A stretch of 64,000 bases of DNA from Archaeoglobi archaeon JdFR-42 (GCA_002010305.1 MTND01000018.1:69795-133794), one strand, 5' to 3'; positions 9,205-19,170 are shown, counted from the stretch's first letter. Numbers and translations are program-made. Notes: generated from the letters alone by a model not told the origin.

Positions 9205-9920
9205 GATCTAATGAAATGAGAGTTGGAAAAAGAGGGAATCTGGGTGTTTCTGAAGTAGTGGGAAATATTTTCGTGATAGCGATCCTCATAGCCGGTACTT
9301 CCATCCTGCTGGTTTATGGTTTTCCAACCATAGACGAGAATAAAAATAAGATACGGATGAGAAATATCGTATCTCAGATGTCTATTGTTAATGAGCAGAT
9401 TGCCAAAGTTTACATGGACGTTGCCCCAACAACCACTATCAGGATAGCTCTTTCTGATGGCTCCATTGTCATCTCTAATGGAAATAATTTTCTTGTTAGA
9501 GTGTATGATCCCGGAGGAGGGTTGATACATGAGATTAATGACTCAATGGGCAAAATAGAGTACACATACCGCTCCAATAGGGGTGTCTTTGAAAATGGAG
9601 GTGTGTGGGTGGATGACTTACTTGTCACTCCTCCAAGAATCACAGTGGATAATGGATCGATTACCATGGCCCTTATTAAGATACAGGGAAGCGGTTCAGC
9701 AGGAGGTAAAGGATTTGCGGACCTTACTGTGAGATATAACTCTTCCCAGATAAACAGATTTGAGACCTCTGGATATGTCGAGATAACATTTACATCAGAT
9801 TATGCCGATAAATGGAGTGAGTTTTTCCAGAGCATCAATGCCACTGTAAACGGAAATACGGCACGTTTAAACTTTACCAGGCTGATCATAGCAGAATATA
9901 CGGTAAACATAGAGGTATAA
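9201..9920 (+). CDS. Archaeal type IV pilin N-terminal domain protein (paralog A)
   Basis: GNLG/VSEVVGNIFVIAILIAGTSILLVYG matches the archaeal Pilin_N pattern (AVSxVIG + hydrophobic helix). ATGA overlap with the upstream gene. Shares FENGGVW...KIQG...GF.DL.V..NSS...FE..GYV....TSDYA..W..(F/Y)F blocks with the next gene. Confidence 0.65.
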   Translation: MRSNEMRVGKRGNLGVSEVVGNIFVIAILIAGTSILLVYGFPTIDENKNKIRMRNIVSQMSIVNEQIAKVYMDVAPTTTIRIALSDGSIVISNGNNFLVRVYDPGGGLIHEINDSMGKIEYTYRSNRGVFENGGVWVDDLLVTPPRITVDNGSITMALIKIQGSGSAGGKGFADLTVRYNSSQINRFETSGYVEITFTSDYADKWSEFFQSINATVNGNTARLNFTRLIIAEYTVNIEV

Positions 9921-9921
9921 C

Positions 9922-10725
9922 ATGGAAGAGGATGAAAAATCGTCGGAACTGAAGAAATTCATTTATTCTGAACTGGCTGTATCAGAAATACTAGGCTATA
10001 TAATGGTTCTAGGACTCATTATAGCTGCAATTTCTCTCGTATTTGTTCAAACTTCTTCTATGGCTTCTGATGCCCAAGATGTTGTCAAGTACAGGAGTAT
10101 GGTACAAGGATTCAGAAAGATCCAGAATGTGGTTGATTACACTGCCTATATGAACAACCCTGAGAAAAGTATCCGAATTCTAATGAACGAAGGGAGGATT
10201 TACATCGACCACGACAATAATATTAGCCTTGAGATCAGGAGCAACAACACTACACAATACCTTTATGAAAGCGACATGGGAGTTATCGAATATGCTTACC
10301 AGAACTATGTGATTGGTTTCGAGAACGGAGGGGTCTGGATGAGGGAACTGAACCAAACTTCTATGATTTTCGAACCGAGGATATTCATATACAAAAAGAG
10401 TATTAACAATGAGACTGTTGTGTTCGTAGCCCTTGTAAAAATCCAAGGAGACGATTTCATAGCTGGAAACGGATTTGTCGACCTTTCAGTATTATTCAAC
10501 TCCTCTGAAACCAGGATATTTGAGGGTGGTGGGTACGTTAATATGGATATTACTTCTGACTACGCTTCCGCCTGGGAAGATTATTTCGAGACCATGAGGG
10601 GATACACTAACAACACAGTATTACAGACTGGACTTAACGGCAGCACCGTTACGGCCCAGATATATTTCGACAGACTGATTTTAACTATCTATTCACTGGA
10701 TGTGCAAATCAGTCTTCAAACATGA
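9922..10725 (+). CDS. Archaeal type IV pilin N-terminal domain protein (paralog B)
   Basis: SELA/VSEILGYIMVLGLIIAAISLVF N-terminus. Collinear similarity to 9201..9920. Confidence 0.65.
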   Translation: MEEDEKSSELKKFIYSELAVSEILGYIMVLGLIIAAISLVFVQTSSMASDAQDVVKYRSMVQGFRKIQNVVDYTAYMNNPEKSIRILMNEGRIYIDHDNNISLEIRSNNTTQYLYESDMGVIEYAYQNYVIGFENGGVWMRELNQTSMIFEPRIFIYKKSINNETVVFVALVKIQGDDFIAGNGFVDLSVLFNSSETRIFEGGGYVNMDITSDYASAWEDYFETMRGYTNNTVLQTGLNGSTVTAQIYFDRLILTIYSLDVQISLQT

Positions 10726-10745
10726 GATTGGAAAAGGTATCTACT

Positions 10746-12449
10746 TCACGACTCAGACTTAATATCTGATACCTTCTCAACGATCTTCCCTACAAAATCG
10801 AAATTCAGATTCAGGGCTAAAAGAGCTACTCGGGTAACAAGTCTTGAATCTACACCAGTATTTAGCTGGGAACGTATAAGGATCGGCAACAGCTCTTCTT
10901 TTGGTTCTTTGTTTTGAACGGTTCCATAGGCTTTTATTACTGTGATGACCCCATCTACTAGTTCATTGGTTATTTCGACATCAAACTTATCGAAGTTTTT
11001 AAGCAAGCTCATAGCTAGATCTGCATCAAGGATGTCGTCAAAAATCAGCTTGTGCAGTGCAAATTCGTACTTCAACAATTCCTTTGCTTTTTTTATGTGA
11101 TCCCTTCCAAACTTGGGAAAATCCAAAATAATACAGTTTCTGATATCTATATACAAGGAATTGTTAGTAACCTCGTAAGCGCTGTCTGCGATCAGATTAA
11201 TGGCATTGAGAGGGGTATCATCATCCACCTTATTCAGTTCTTGTTCTCTAGCATACTTCACCATAAGGAAGAGCGGGAGCTTGAGAAGATCATCCTTATC
11301 GTATTCATCAATTATCTCCATCCATTCCTCAAAATCTTCCTCTGTCAATCGTTCTTTCAGTGCCTTCTCATATTCCCTTAATCTATCTTCATACTCTCTC
11401 TCCCTAGATTTCTTTCGGAACATAATATTGTGAATAGCTTTCAATAATGTAGTTATTATCAGATCTTTCTCAGGAACCCCTGTTTCAGAAATCAGGGACA
11501 TGGCAGAGATAAGATGATTGACTACGAACATATCTCCCGCGAGGATCTGATACACAACTCGTGTCACGGATATTATAAACTCCATAATAAAATCTACAGT
11601 CATGGAAAATTTTTGGGTATATAAAATTTCGAGATCTCTAAAGCGTTTTGCTACTTCTTTGAGATTAACTTCATAGCATTCTTCAATATGTTCCATTATT
11701 TTTTTCGCTTTAGGATGATCGAGATCCACAATGGGCAACCATGCGCTCATGATCTGAATCTCAAATTTAATTTTCTCCACCAGATTCTCAACATCATCGT
11801 TTCCAAAATCTGGGGCAGGGCAGAATTTTTTCACACCTATCAGATTATATAGATGCTCAAGATAACTATCTGTGAAAGAGCGCGCCATGATCCTGCGATC
11901 TGCAAATATGTCTTTAAGAGTTAAGATGGTTTTTTTAAGCACATCTTTCATTATATCTTGGGAGTCTTTCACCGGAAGTTCCTCTGCCAGAGCTTTAACC
12001 ACATTGTATACCTTCTCTACTCCGATTTCTATATCTCTGTCAATCCCTGCTTTTCTGTGGATTGCATGCATAATCTCATGGGCAAAGAGACCTTCAAGAG
12101 CTTTTTTGTTAGCTTTGAGATAAGATCCATCTCCAGATACAAAAATAAAGACGAAATCCACATCATCTACATCGAAAGAGAAGGGTACACCACTCTTTGC
12201 ATACTCTGAGAGTTCATCAAGCATATTCCCAGATAAACCTGTTTCTCTCAATTTTTTCAAGGCATAATCTGTAGTTTCACAGATAAAAACCCTGAGGTCC
12301 ATCTGTTCAAGTTCTTCAAATTTTTCTGTTACAGAGTCAAGTATCTGATGATAATACAGTTCCTCCGCCTCATAAAGCTCAAGAATTTCTTCGAGTTTTT
12401 CTGTAGACTCTTTTGGTCTCTCAGAAGTCTCAATGATCAACCGATACAT
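10746..12449 (-). CDS. Hypothetical acidic, largely helical protein with an HExxH motif (possible zincin-like domain)
   Basis: 567-aa ORF with no hydrophobic segments seen. AHEIMHAIH follows a beta-rich segment DVDFVFIFVSGDGSYL. I do not recognise the family. Confidence 0.5.
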   Translation of the reverse strand: MYRLIIETSERPKESTEKLEEILELYEAEELYYHQILDSVTEKFEELEQMDLRVFICETTDYALKKLRETGLSGNMLDELSEYAKSGVPFSFDVDDVDFVFIFVSGDGSYLKANKKALEGLFAHEIMHAIHRKAGIDRDIEIGVEKVYNVVKALAEELPVKDSQDIMKDVLKKTILTLKDIFADRRIMARSFTDSYLEHLYNLIGVKKFCPAPDFGNDDVENLVEKIKFEIQIMSAWLPIVDLDHPKAKKIMEHIEECYEVNLKEVAKRFRDLEILYTQKFSMTVDFIMEFIISVTRVVYQILAGDMFVVNHLISAMSLISETGVPEKDLIITTLLKAIHNIMFRKKSREREYEDRLREYEKALKERLTEEDFEEWMEIIDEYDKDDLLKLPLFLMVKYAREQELNKVDDDTPLNAINLIADSAYEVTNNSLYIDIRNCIILDFPKFGRDHIKKAKELLKYEFALHKLIFDDILDADLAMSLLKNFDKFDVEITNELVDGVITVIKAYGTVQNKEPKEELLPILIRSQLNTGVDSRLVTRVALLALNLNFDFVGKIVEKVSDIKSES

Positions 12450-12815
12450 TACATTTTTTACTCTTTTGCAACCATATAAATAATTATTTCATGAATAATA
12501 ATAGGGCCATTTATCTCTAACTCGAGTTTATAGTAGTTTCACAGAACTTTACAACTGTTAAACATAGTGGATTTACTGCCCACACCACCTCCACAAGTTT
12601 CAATAGTAAATGAGAGAATCTACACAACACATACTTGAATACACACCCAATCAGAAATTGTCTTCACGTGCCATGACCGGCATATAGTGGTAGTAAAGTT
12701 TTTAGAATACTGCGAGAATTGTAACAAGAGATTGTAGCCCTATCAAAAAATTATCCATAGCTTTTTCCAGCCATTCACTCACCACAGAGAACGACCGCAA
12801 TATTTATGTACCGTT

Positions 12816-13040
12816 ATGTATCTAATTATGATACGTTGTAAAATGAAAACTCTGTGGAAGATTATAGCGTGGGTTTCTATAATATGTGGATTAGTCTCAT
12901 ACTTTATAGCGTGGGGTGTCATGTTTACAGGATCTGTTTTATGGGACGTTCCAACCGAATTCTGGTTTTATGACGCCATAGCTGCCAGTATATTCGGAGT
13001 TTTCTTTCTGGTGTATGCTATATATACAGATCGAAAATAA
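12816..13040 (+). CDS. Small two-TM membrane protein (hypothetical)
   Basis: Two hydrophobic helices (IIAWVSIICGLVSYFIAWGVMF and AIAASIFGVFFLVYAIY). The start is more likely MKTLWK at 12843. Lies in an otherwise non-coding AT-rich stretch. Confidence 0.35.
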   Translation: MYLIMIRCKMKTLWKIIAWVSIICGLVSYFIAWGVMFTGSVLWDVPTEFWFYDAIAASIFGVFFLVYAIYTDRK

Positions 13041-13284
13041 AGAAGGTAAATGAATTGCATTGCAAGTCTATTATAATATAACTCCCGTTTTTCCTAGCAG
13101 TTAATCGTTCCATAGTCTTTTCACATAAACTATAAAGGACTAGGATAACATAGATAAATATGATCAAAATTACGTTTATCTTCATTTTTGAATATATTGT
13201 ATACAGTATTAGATAAAAAGATTATCGAAATATGTGGTTTTCTGTCAAAGATAGGACATTATAATATTATAATCAGTAAAAAAG

Positions 13285-13356
13285 CGGGCTCGCCGAGATT
13301 CGAACTCGGGTCGGCGGGTCCGAAGCCCGCAAGGATATCCTCTACCCCACGAGCCC
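13285..13356 (-). tRNA. tRNA-Arg (anticodon TCG)
   Basis: Hand-folded from the reverse complement GGGCTCG-TG-...-GCGGG-CTTCGGA-CCCGC-...-CCGAG-TTCGAAT-CTCGG-CGAGCCC-G. Gives a cloverleaf with a 7-bp acceptor stem. No encoded CCA. Confidence 0.85.
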
Positions 13357-13587
13357 ACACCTCTTGCTAGATCAGACATAAATCCAGAGGTTAAGGGTTA
13401 TAAGTATTATGGTAAAAAAAGAGAAAAAAGGAAAAAGGGACGACTGGAGGGGAGGTCTCTTAAACTGTTAATACTTACAAGAGTTATAAAAATACTTTTG
13501 GTGTGGAGCGAAACTAATAATTTTTTGAGTAGTAATGAAAGATGGAAACCACAAACCTTTATTACATCATTTCCACATTTTTCTCTT

Positions 13588-14175
13588 GTGAAATTTGAGG
13601 CCGTACTTTTCGACCTAGATGGAACATTGGTGGAGTTAAATCTTAACTTTGATGCAATTCGTGAGGCTCTTGGTATCAAAGAGAGATTTATCCTAGAGGC
13701 CATTCAGAATATGAATGAACCAGATCGCTCATATGCTATTGAAAAACTTAAGAACATGGAAATTTCATCAGCTTTTTCAGCAAAGTTGAATCCAGGGGTA
13801 AAAGAACTCCTAGAGTATCTTAAAAACAGAAAAATTAAAACTGGCATAGTTACAAGAAACTGCAGAGAGTCTGTTGAAATAATACTGAAGCGCTTTAAAA
13901 TCCATGTAGACTGCATAATTTCAAGGGAAGATGCTCCTCCAAAGCCGTCACCAGAGCCTATTAAATTGGCCCTCAACTACTTGAAAATCTCCCCCAATAA
14001 CGCTCTATATATAGGAGACTTTTTTTTTGACATAGAAGCGGGTCATAAAGCTGGGACAAAAACTGTTTTACTACTGCATGAACGGAACAGAGCGTATTCA
14101 AGCCAAGCAGATTACGTCGTCAATTCTTTATTAGAGCTGATTGATATCCTTGAAAAAGAGAATCTCTCAGGTTAA
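13588..14175 (+). CDS. HAD-superfamily phosphatase (phosphoglycolate phosphatase-like)
   Basis: AVLFDLDGTLVE (DxDGT motif I), GIVTRN (motif II) and YIGDFFFDIEAGHKAG (motif IV). The track ORF begins at 13498. I prefer GTG 13588 (VKFEAVLFDLDG) because the first 30 codons look non-coding. Confidence 0.7.
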   Translation: MKFEAVLFDLDGTLVELNLNFDAIREALGIKERFILEAIQNMNEPDRSYAIEKLKNMEISSAFSAKLNPGVKELLEYLKNRKIKTGIVTRNCRESVEIILKRFKIHVDCIISREDAPPKPSPEPIKLALNYLKISPNNALYIGDFFFDIEAGHKAGTKTVLLLHERNRAYSSQADYVVNSLLELIDILEKENLSG

Positions 14176-14283
14176 ATCTACAAGAGAGGTATTTACTGAC
14201 GTTTTTCACACTCTATATCGGAACAACGAAGATCATAAAAAAGTCAAAAGAATTAAAAACATCAAATCTAGAAAGCTTTGAAA

Positions 14284-15645
14284 TCACTGGAGAAATTCTT
14301 TTTCCCACTCTTTCAAATACTTGCTACTCTGAGATACATCTACGAAAAGGCCTTCTACTCTCTCAATTTCTGCTTTAGTTACCTTGGGATTACCATTCAA
14401 CCCTGCAATTTCTGCGGCTGGAGCCAACAGCTGGGTAGCATACCGGAGGCTAGTTTTTCCTCCGATATCAGTGAGATAATCGAGGGCATCCTCTTCAATT
14501 TCGATGTCACTTTCCATAGCCCGTATTTTCAAGATCTCTTTTATCTCGTCTCTGCTGTAAAGTTCTGTGGTTATGATCAGAAGCCTATCCAGCAAATCAA
14601 GCGGGATTCCATGAGGACTTGTAATATCCGTCCCTCTTATTCTCGCATAACCCCTGTTACTGGCAAGAATAATTATTGGGGACAATTCTGATTCCATAGC
14701 TCTATTCATGAACGAGAATAGCTCAATGTCCATGAGATGAGTTTCATCGATAAATAGGACTCCCGGAAGAAGCTCGGCTCGACCTTCCTCTACCCATGAT
14801 TTGACTTGCTCATCCACCGCTTGTCGTACCTCATTATCGATTTCTCTGCTGGTATCTGCGAAAATAGAAAGCAATCCAGGTCTTCGTGCGTTAGCTTCAT
14901 CGAGGTCATGAAGAGTCACAGTATAAACGAATTCCTTCTCCTTCTCAACCTTCCCATCTGGAACCGGAACTATATCTCTGCTATCAAGATCATAGCTCTT
15001 TTCACCTCTTCCAGATCTTCCCAGTCTCGCTACTCTTGCTGATTCTCTGTCAATCATGATGACATCTCCAACAGAGATACCATCCTGCATGAATTGCATG
15101 GCTACTCTTCCACTCACTGTAAAGCTCTTTTTCTCTTCGGTTGTTGCTAAAGTAAGAGTTGCAGAATCTGGCACTTTCATAGAGGGATTATAGGGATGAG
15201 GTACCATGTTGTAATCCAGGCCCACCACTTCTCCTTCCAGTACTTTTCGCACGCTTTTTAATCTCACTCCTATGGCTTTCCTCATTGCTTGGATGAGAAC
15301 TTCAGTCTTTTTCATTTCAGCACTATAACATTCTGACGCACTCAACTGCACAAAAGGTAAATCCTTACCAAGTTCTTTGCTTATGGCAACCGCAATGGCG
15401 GTTTTTCCAGTTCCTGGAGGACCCGCTATCAGAATGCCTCTTCCACCCATCTTACCTCCTTTTATCAGACGAACAATTGCTCCCGCTGCCTCTCTCGCTC
15501 GTTTCTGGCCAACCAGTCCATCCGCCACATCTATGGCTCTGAGATCCTCATCAAGACCGAGTCCCCTGATATGGGAATGGGCTCCAACTCTTTCGAATTT
15601 CCTGGTAACCTCCTGTATCTCGGAAATATCTTCAATCATATCCAT
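14284..15645 (-). CDS. RuvB-like AAA+ ATPase (TIP49/Pontin-Reptin family)
   Basis: N-terminal RVGAHSHIRGLGLD, Walker A GPPGTGKTAIA, Walker B LFIDETH, and an inserted OB-like domain between them. 453 aa. Confidence 0.85.
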   Translation of the reverse strand: MDMIEDISEIQEVTRKFERVGAHSHIRGLGLDEDLRAIDVADGLVGQKRAREAAGAIVRLIKGGKMGGRGILIAGPPGTGKTAIAVAISKELGKDLPFVQLSASECYSAEMKKTEVLIQAMRKAIGVRLKSVRKVLEGEVVGLDYNMVPHPYNPSMKVPDSATLTLATTEEKKSFTVSGRVAMQFMQDGISVGDVIMIDRESARVARLGRSGRGEKSYDLDSRDIVPVPDGKVEKEKEFVYTVTLHDLDEANARRPGLLSIFADTSREIDNEVRQAVDEQVKSWVEEGRAELLPGVLFIDETHLMDIELFSFMNRAMESELSPIIILASNRGYARIRGTDITSPHGIPLDLLDRLLIITTELYSRDEIKEILKIRAMESDIEIEEDALDYLTDIGGKTSLRYATQLLAPAAEIAGLNGNPKVTKAEIERVEGLFVDVSQSSKYLKEWEKEFLQ

Positions 15646-15660
15646 CCCCCCTGATATACT

Positions 15661-17457
15661 CTAAAAGACTATGTATAGTTTCCTGCCTTTTTCCATATTT
15701 TCGGCCAAAATTTTTCCAAGCTCTTTATCCTTGCGCACCCGTATATATCCTTTACTGCTGACAGTAGGACTGAACAAATAGGTCCCATCTACATATAAAT
15801 CCACCGTTTTCTTTTCCAGACCAAGAGCCTGAATTATATAGTATCTGGCAGTCTCATCCACCATGGCTTCAATCTTATTCTCACGTTTTAGCTCTCTAAC
15901 ATCTATTTTTATCCCAAACTCCTTCTCAATGGCTGTGATATTACTACCCTTTCTCCCAAGAATACGAGGGATTTCGTTTTCTGGAACCATAACAATAGCC
16001 TTCCTATCCGATATCAACTCTACTTTCGCCTCAGAAACATATTTCCTGACTACCTGTTCAAGGGATTTTTCAATAACGCCATAGGACTTTTTCCTTTCTT
16101 TTTTCTTCACGGGCATCACGATGATTTCCTCGCCATAAGTGTAAATCTCAAACTTCACCTCTTTGTCCTCAAAGGTCCTGACTTCTATAACTGGCCTCGA
16201 AAGGTCTTCTTCATACATTCCATAAGGGACTTTAACGGTAAACTCAAGTTCGTAAACTTCAGCCACTTTTCCAGCTTCGATAAACACTATGGTATCCACC
16301 ACCTGTGGTATGACTCCCAGTTCAACCCTACCGAGCATCCGCTGGATGGCATCGATGGGACGAGTAGCATGCATTACACCTATCATCCCTACTCCTGCTA
16401 GCCTCATATCCGCAAAAATTTGGAAGTCCGATGTCTTTCTTACTTCATCATAGATGGTATAATCAGGCCTCACCAACAACAAAATATCAGCCGTAAGGGC
16501 CATATTTCCTTCAAGAGGAGAATACTGAGTTATTTCATCTTTCACTATCAGATCCCTCGGAGACTCCATAGTTTTTACAATATATCCTTGACCCAGAAGA
16601 TACTCTGCAAGACTTGCAGCGAAAGTAGACTTTCCGGCTCCCGGGGGCCCAGCAATCAGGATACCTCTCTGAGTTTCAATGAATCGTTTCTTCAACTCCT
16701 CGCTGAGGTTGTATTCATCCAGTGACACTTTTGCCACTGGTCTCACGGCAGTAATTTCAAGACCGTCTGAAAATGGAGGTCTGGCTATAGCTATCCTCAG
16801 CTCCTTAAGTTGCACCACCGTCACTCCAAGACGTTCAATTTCTATAAAACAGTCAGGATTCTGTCTCGCTGCTTCAAGGATTTCCTGGGCCATCTCCCTT
16901 AACTCTCTTTCTCTGCATGGAGATTCCCTGACCTTCACCAACTTTAAAGCACCGAGTTTCCCTTTTTTAGCAAGAGGTGGAACGCTCTCTTTCAGGTGAA
17001 CTGACATGGTCTCAGGATCAAAGAAGTCCCAGATTTTTATCCTATAAGGATCAAGCCTTTCCTGTTTAACAAACAAGACTTCTATTCCCTTCGAAGAAGC
17101 GACATCAGCCTGAACTCGATCACTCGTAACCAGTATAGCCCCTTCATCAATTGCCACCTTTCGGATTTTGTCATCAATAGCACCTGCTTTTGAAAGCTGG
17201 ATCTCTTCCATCGTTGGTCGCTCTCCTACAAATTTAAGCTCTATAAACCCATCTTTTGCATATTCCTGGAGTTGCTTTACTTCGTTAATCCCCACCATGC
17301 CTGTTTCTCTACCATAGTTAGCCTGGCTTTCTAGCTCAGCAATTACAGATTCTGGAACGATTACAGTTCCCCGGATGGTACCCTCCTCAACCAGAGGAGT
17401 TGCTCTGCCATCCACCAGAACACTTGTATCAATTACATATCTCAATTTATTATTCAC
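15661..17457 (-). CDS. PIN domain / PilT-like ATPase / KH domain protein (PINA-type)
   Basis: N-terminal PIN-like [11 protein letters not shown], Walker [12 protein letters not shown], and C-terminal [22 protein letters not shown]. Confidence 0.8.
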   Translation of the reverse strand: MNNKLRYVIDTSVLVDGRATPLVEEGTIRGTVIVPESVIAELESQANYGRETGMVGINEVKQLQEYAKDGFIELKFVGERPTMEEIQLSKAGAIDDKIRKVAIDEGAILVTSDRVQADVASSKGIEVLFVKQERLDPYRIKIWDFFDPETMSVHLKESVPPLAKKGKLGALKLVKVRESPCRERELREMAQEILEAARQNPDCFIEIERLGVTVVQLKELRIAIARPPFSDGLEITAVRPVAKVSLDEYNLSEELKKRFIETQRGILIAGPPGAGKSTFAASLAEYLLGQGYIVKTMESPRDLIVKDEITQYSPLEGNMALTADILLLVRPDYTIYDEVRKTSDFQIFADMRLAGVGMIGVMHATRPIDAIQRMLGRVELGVIPQVVDTIVFIEAGKVAEVYELEFTVKVPYGMYEEDLSRPVIEVRTFEDKEVKFEIYTYGEEIIVMPVKKKERKKSYGVIEKSLEQVVRKYVSEAKVELISDRKAIVMVPENEIPRILGRKGSNITAIEKEFGIKIDVRELKRENKIEAMVDETARYYIIQALGLEKKTVDLYVDGTYLFSPTVSSKGYIRVRKDKELGKILAENMEKGRKLYIVF

Positions 17458-17475
17458 ATTTCATCACCATGAATT

Positions 17476-17823
17476 TTATTTATGTTCATACATTTCACCA
17501 ATTATTTCACCTTCAATATTTCTGAAAAAACAGGAGTAATGCCCTGTATGACAAGCTGCATTTATCTGTTCAACCAGCAAAAGTAACGCATCTCTGTCAC
17601 AGTCCACCCGTATTTCCTTCACCTTCTGAACATTCCCGGATGTTTCACCTTTTTTCCATAACTTCTCTCTACTCCTACTCCAGTAGTGGGCATATCCGGT
17701 TTTCAGTGTCATCTCAAAGGCCTCTTCATTCATGTAGGCCATCATAAGTACCTCTTTGGATTTGGAATCCTGCACCACAACTGGTATCAATCCATTTACC
17801 TTTTCCCAGTTCAATCTGAGCAT
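17476..17823 (-). CDS. hisI: Phosphoribosyl-AMP cyclohydrolase
   Basis: LIPVVVQD...[11 protein letters not shown]...[18 protein letters not shown]...[10 protein letters not shown]...[10 protein letters not shown]. Confidence 0.9.
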   Translation of the reverse strand: MLRLNWEKVNGLIPVVVQDSKSKEVLMMAYMNEEAFEMTLKTGYAHYWSRSREKLWKKGETSGNVQKVKEIRVDCDRDALLLLVEQINAACHTGHYSCFFRNIEGEIIGEMYEHK

Positions 17824-17913
17824 TGATGAAGTAATATTTTACAAACATTTATAAATTATCCCCGAAAAGATAATACCTGTATTGGTGCATGCATCAATTG
17901 GATACATCGAGAG

Positions 17914-18645
17914 GTGTGGAAATTGGCAGAGTATATCTCCACTGGGATTCAAACCCTGGACACTCTCCTAGGGGGTGGATATCAGACAGGGAACATATTT
18001 CTTCTTCTAGAAGAACCTGGAGCGGGAGGTGCAGTTTTCGGATATCATTTCATAGCTTCAAATACACTTCCTTCAGATAAAAGACCTTTGTTCATTTCTA
18101 CCAACTCCACTGCCGAAGAAATATGGGAAAAACTCCATGAGATTAACAGAAATCTCACGAAAGAGTCTGTTCAGGTGGTTGATCTATTCGCTCAGCGGTT
18201 CCCTACTCTTCTCTCAAAATCAGGTACCTCTCTATCTGCAGCAGAGTACCTTAGGAGCGGGTATGACCCGCTTAATCACACCAAATCAGTTATCAACAGA
18301 GGGTCCTTTACGAAATGTGTTATTGACTCCCTGTCTTATTTTATCCTGAACTACAAATTCGATGAAATCATAGAATTCATAGAATTCTGTTCAATGGTTG
18401 TTCGTAAAAATGATAGCGTCATTTTGATGACTATGGGAAAAGGTATGCATGACCCGAGAACTGAAACTGCCATTATGTACGAAGTTGACGGAGTTTTTGA
18501 GATGGCGGTTCATGAAAAAGAGACCGGACTTGAACGAACGGTCAAATTCAGAAAAATGCCGGGCCTTAAAATACCTAAAGAAATAATCAGATATGACCTG
18601 AGCGAAAAAGGAATTAAAATGGATATGCTACGAAGGGTGCTTTGA
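17914..18645 (+). CDS. RecA/KaiC-superfamily domain protein with a degenerate Walker A
   Basis: ISTGIQTLDTLLGGGYQTGNIFLLLEEPGAGGAVF follows the RadA/KaiC N-terminal pattern. The GxxGxGK(T/S) P-loop is replaced by GAGGAVF, with no Lys-Thr. GTG start. Confidence 0.6.
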   Translation: MWKLAEYISTGIQTLDTLLGGGYQTGNIFLLLEEPGAGGAVFGYHFIASNTLPSDKRPLFISTNSTAEEIWEKLHEINRNLTKESVQVVDLFAQRFPTLLSKSGTSLSAAEYLRSGYDPLNHTKSVINRGSFTKCVIDSLSYFILNYKFDEIIEFIEFCSMVVRKNDSVILMTMGKGMHDPRTETAIMYEVDGVFEMAVHEKETGLERTVKFRKMPGLKIPKEIIRYDLSEKGIKMDMLRRVL

Positions 18646-18646
18646 G

Positions 18647-19150
18647 GTGCCCTACTATTCAATCCTCGAAGGTATCATCCGCATAGACCACATAGAAGAG
18701 CTTCTCGCTCAAATAAGATCTCTCGAGAAGGAATTTGGCGTCACTATCCAGTTTGTAAATGCAGATCTGATTGCGGGGCATAAACATCTAGAAGTCGCTG
18801 TAGAAAAGGCCATCAAAAATTTCTCCAAAAATCCAATTTCATCCACTCTTGGAATGGAGATTCTTCTGTATGTATCAGCCCAAAGGCAGATACAAAAGGC
18901 CCTGAACTTTGGCCTACATACTGGACTAAATCGGGTGGGAATTGTCGTCATTCCTCCTTCAAAACACATCGAAGATTCGATAAGGAATATGTTATCCGAA
19001 GAACAGGTCCTAGACTTCATACCAGAAAAGGAGGAAGATATTATCAACGCCTTTAACCTAACTGAAAGCGAGGTGTCCATTGCTGGGAAAGAGAGAATAC
19101 CCGATCTGGTAGTGGAACGAGTGATCCTCTTCAGCCTTTCCAAGAAGTGA
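18647..19150 (+). CDS. cgi121: KEOPS complex subunit Cgi121
   Basis: 167 aa. IQFVNADLIAGHKHLEVAVEKAIKNF...GMEILLYVSAQRQIQKAL is typical of archaeal Cgi121. GTG start directly after the upstream stop. Confidence 0.7.
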   Translation: MPYYSILEGIIRIDHIEELLAQIRSLEKEFGVTIQFVNADLIAGHKHLEVAVEKAIKNFSKNPISSTLGMEILLYVSAQRQIQKALNFGLHTGLNRVGIVVIPPSKHIEDSIRNMLSEEQVLDFIPEKEEDIINAFNLTESEVSIAGKERIPDLVVERVILFSLSKK

Positions 19151-19170
19151 AACATTACATATATCTGTTC

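Noticed and set aside
13041-13284. Possible integrated mobile element next to tRNA-Arg (and likewise next to tRNA-Ala at 51133-51829), considered because of long AT-rich spacers and orphan ORFs.
   Set aside because: I found no integrase, transposase or direct repeat of the tRNA 3' end. Nothing supports a mobile-element call.
17824-17913. C-box-like TTGATGA at 17823-17829, considered as a C/D box sRNA.
   Set aside because: No matching D box (CTGA) or terminal stem at an appropriate distance. The region is better explained as a divergent promoter spacer with a TTTATAAAT box.
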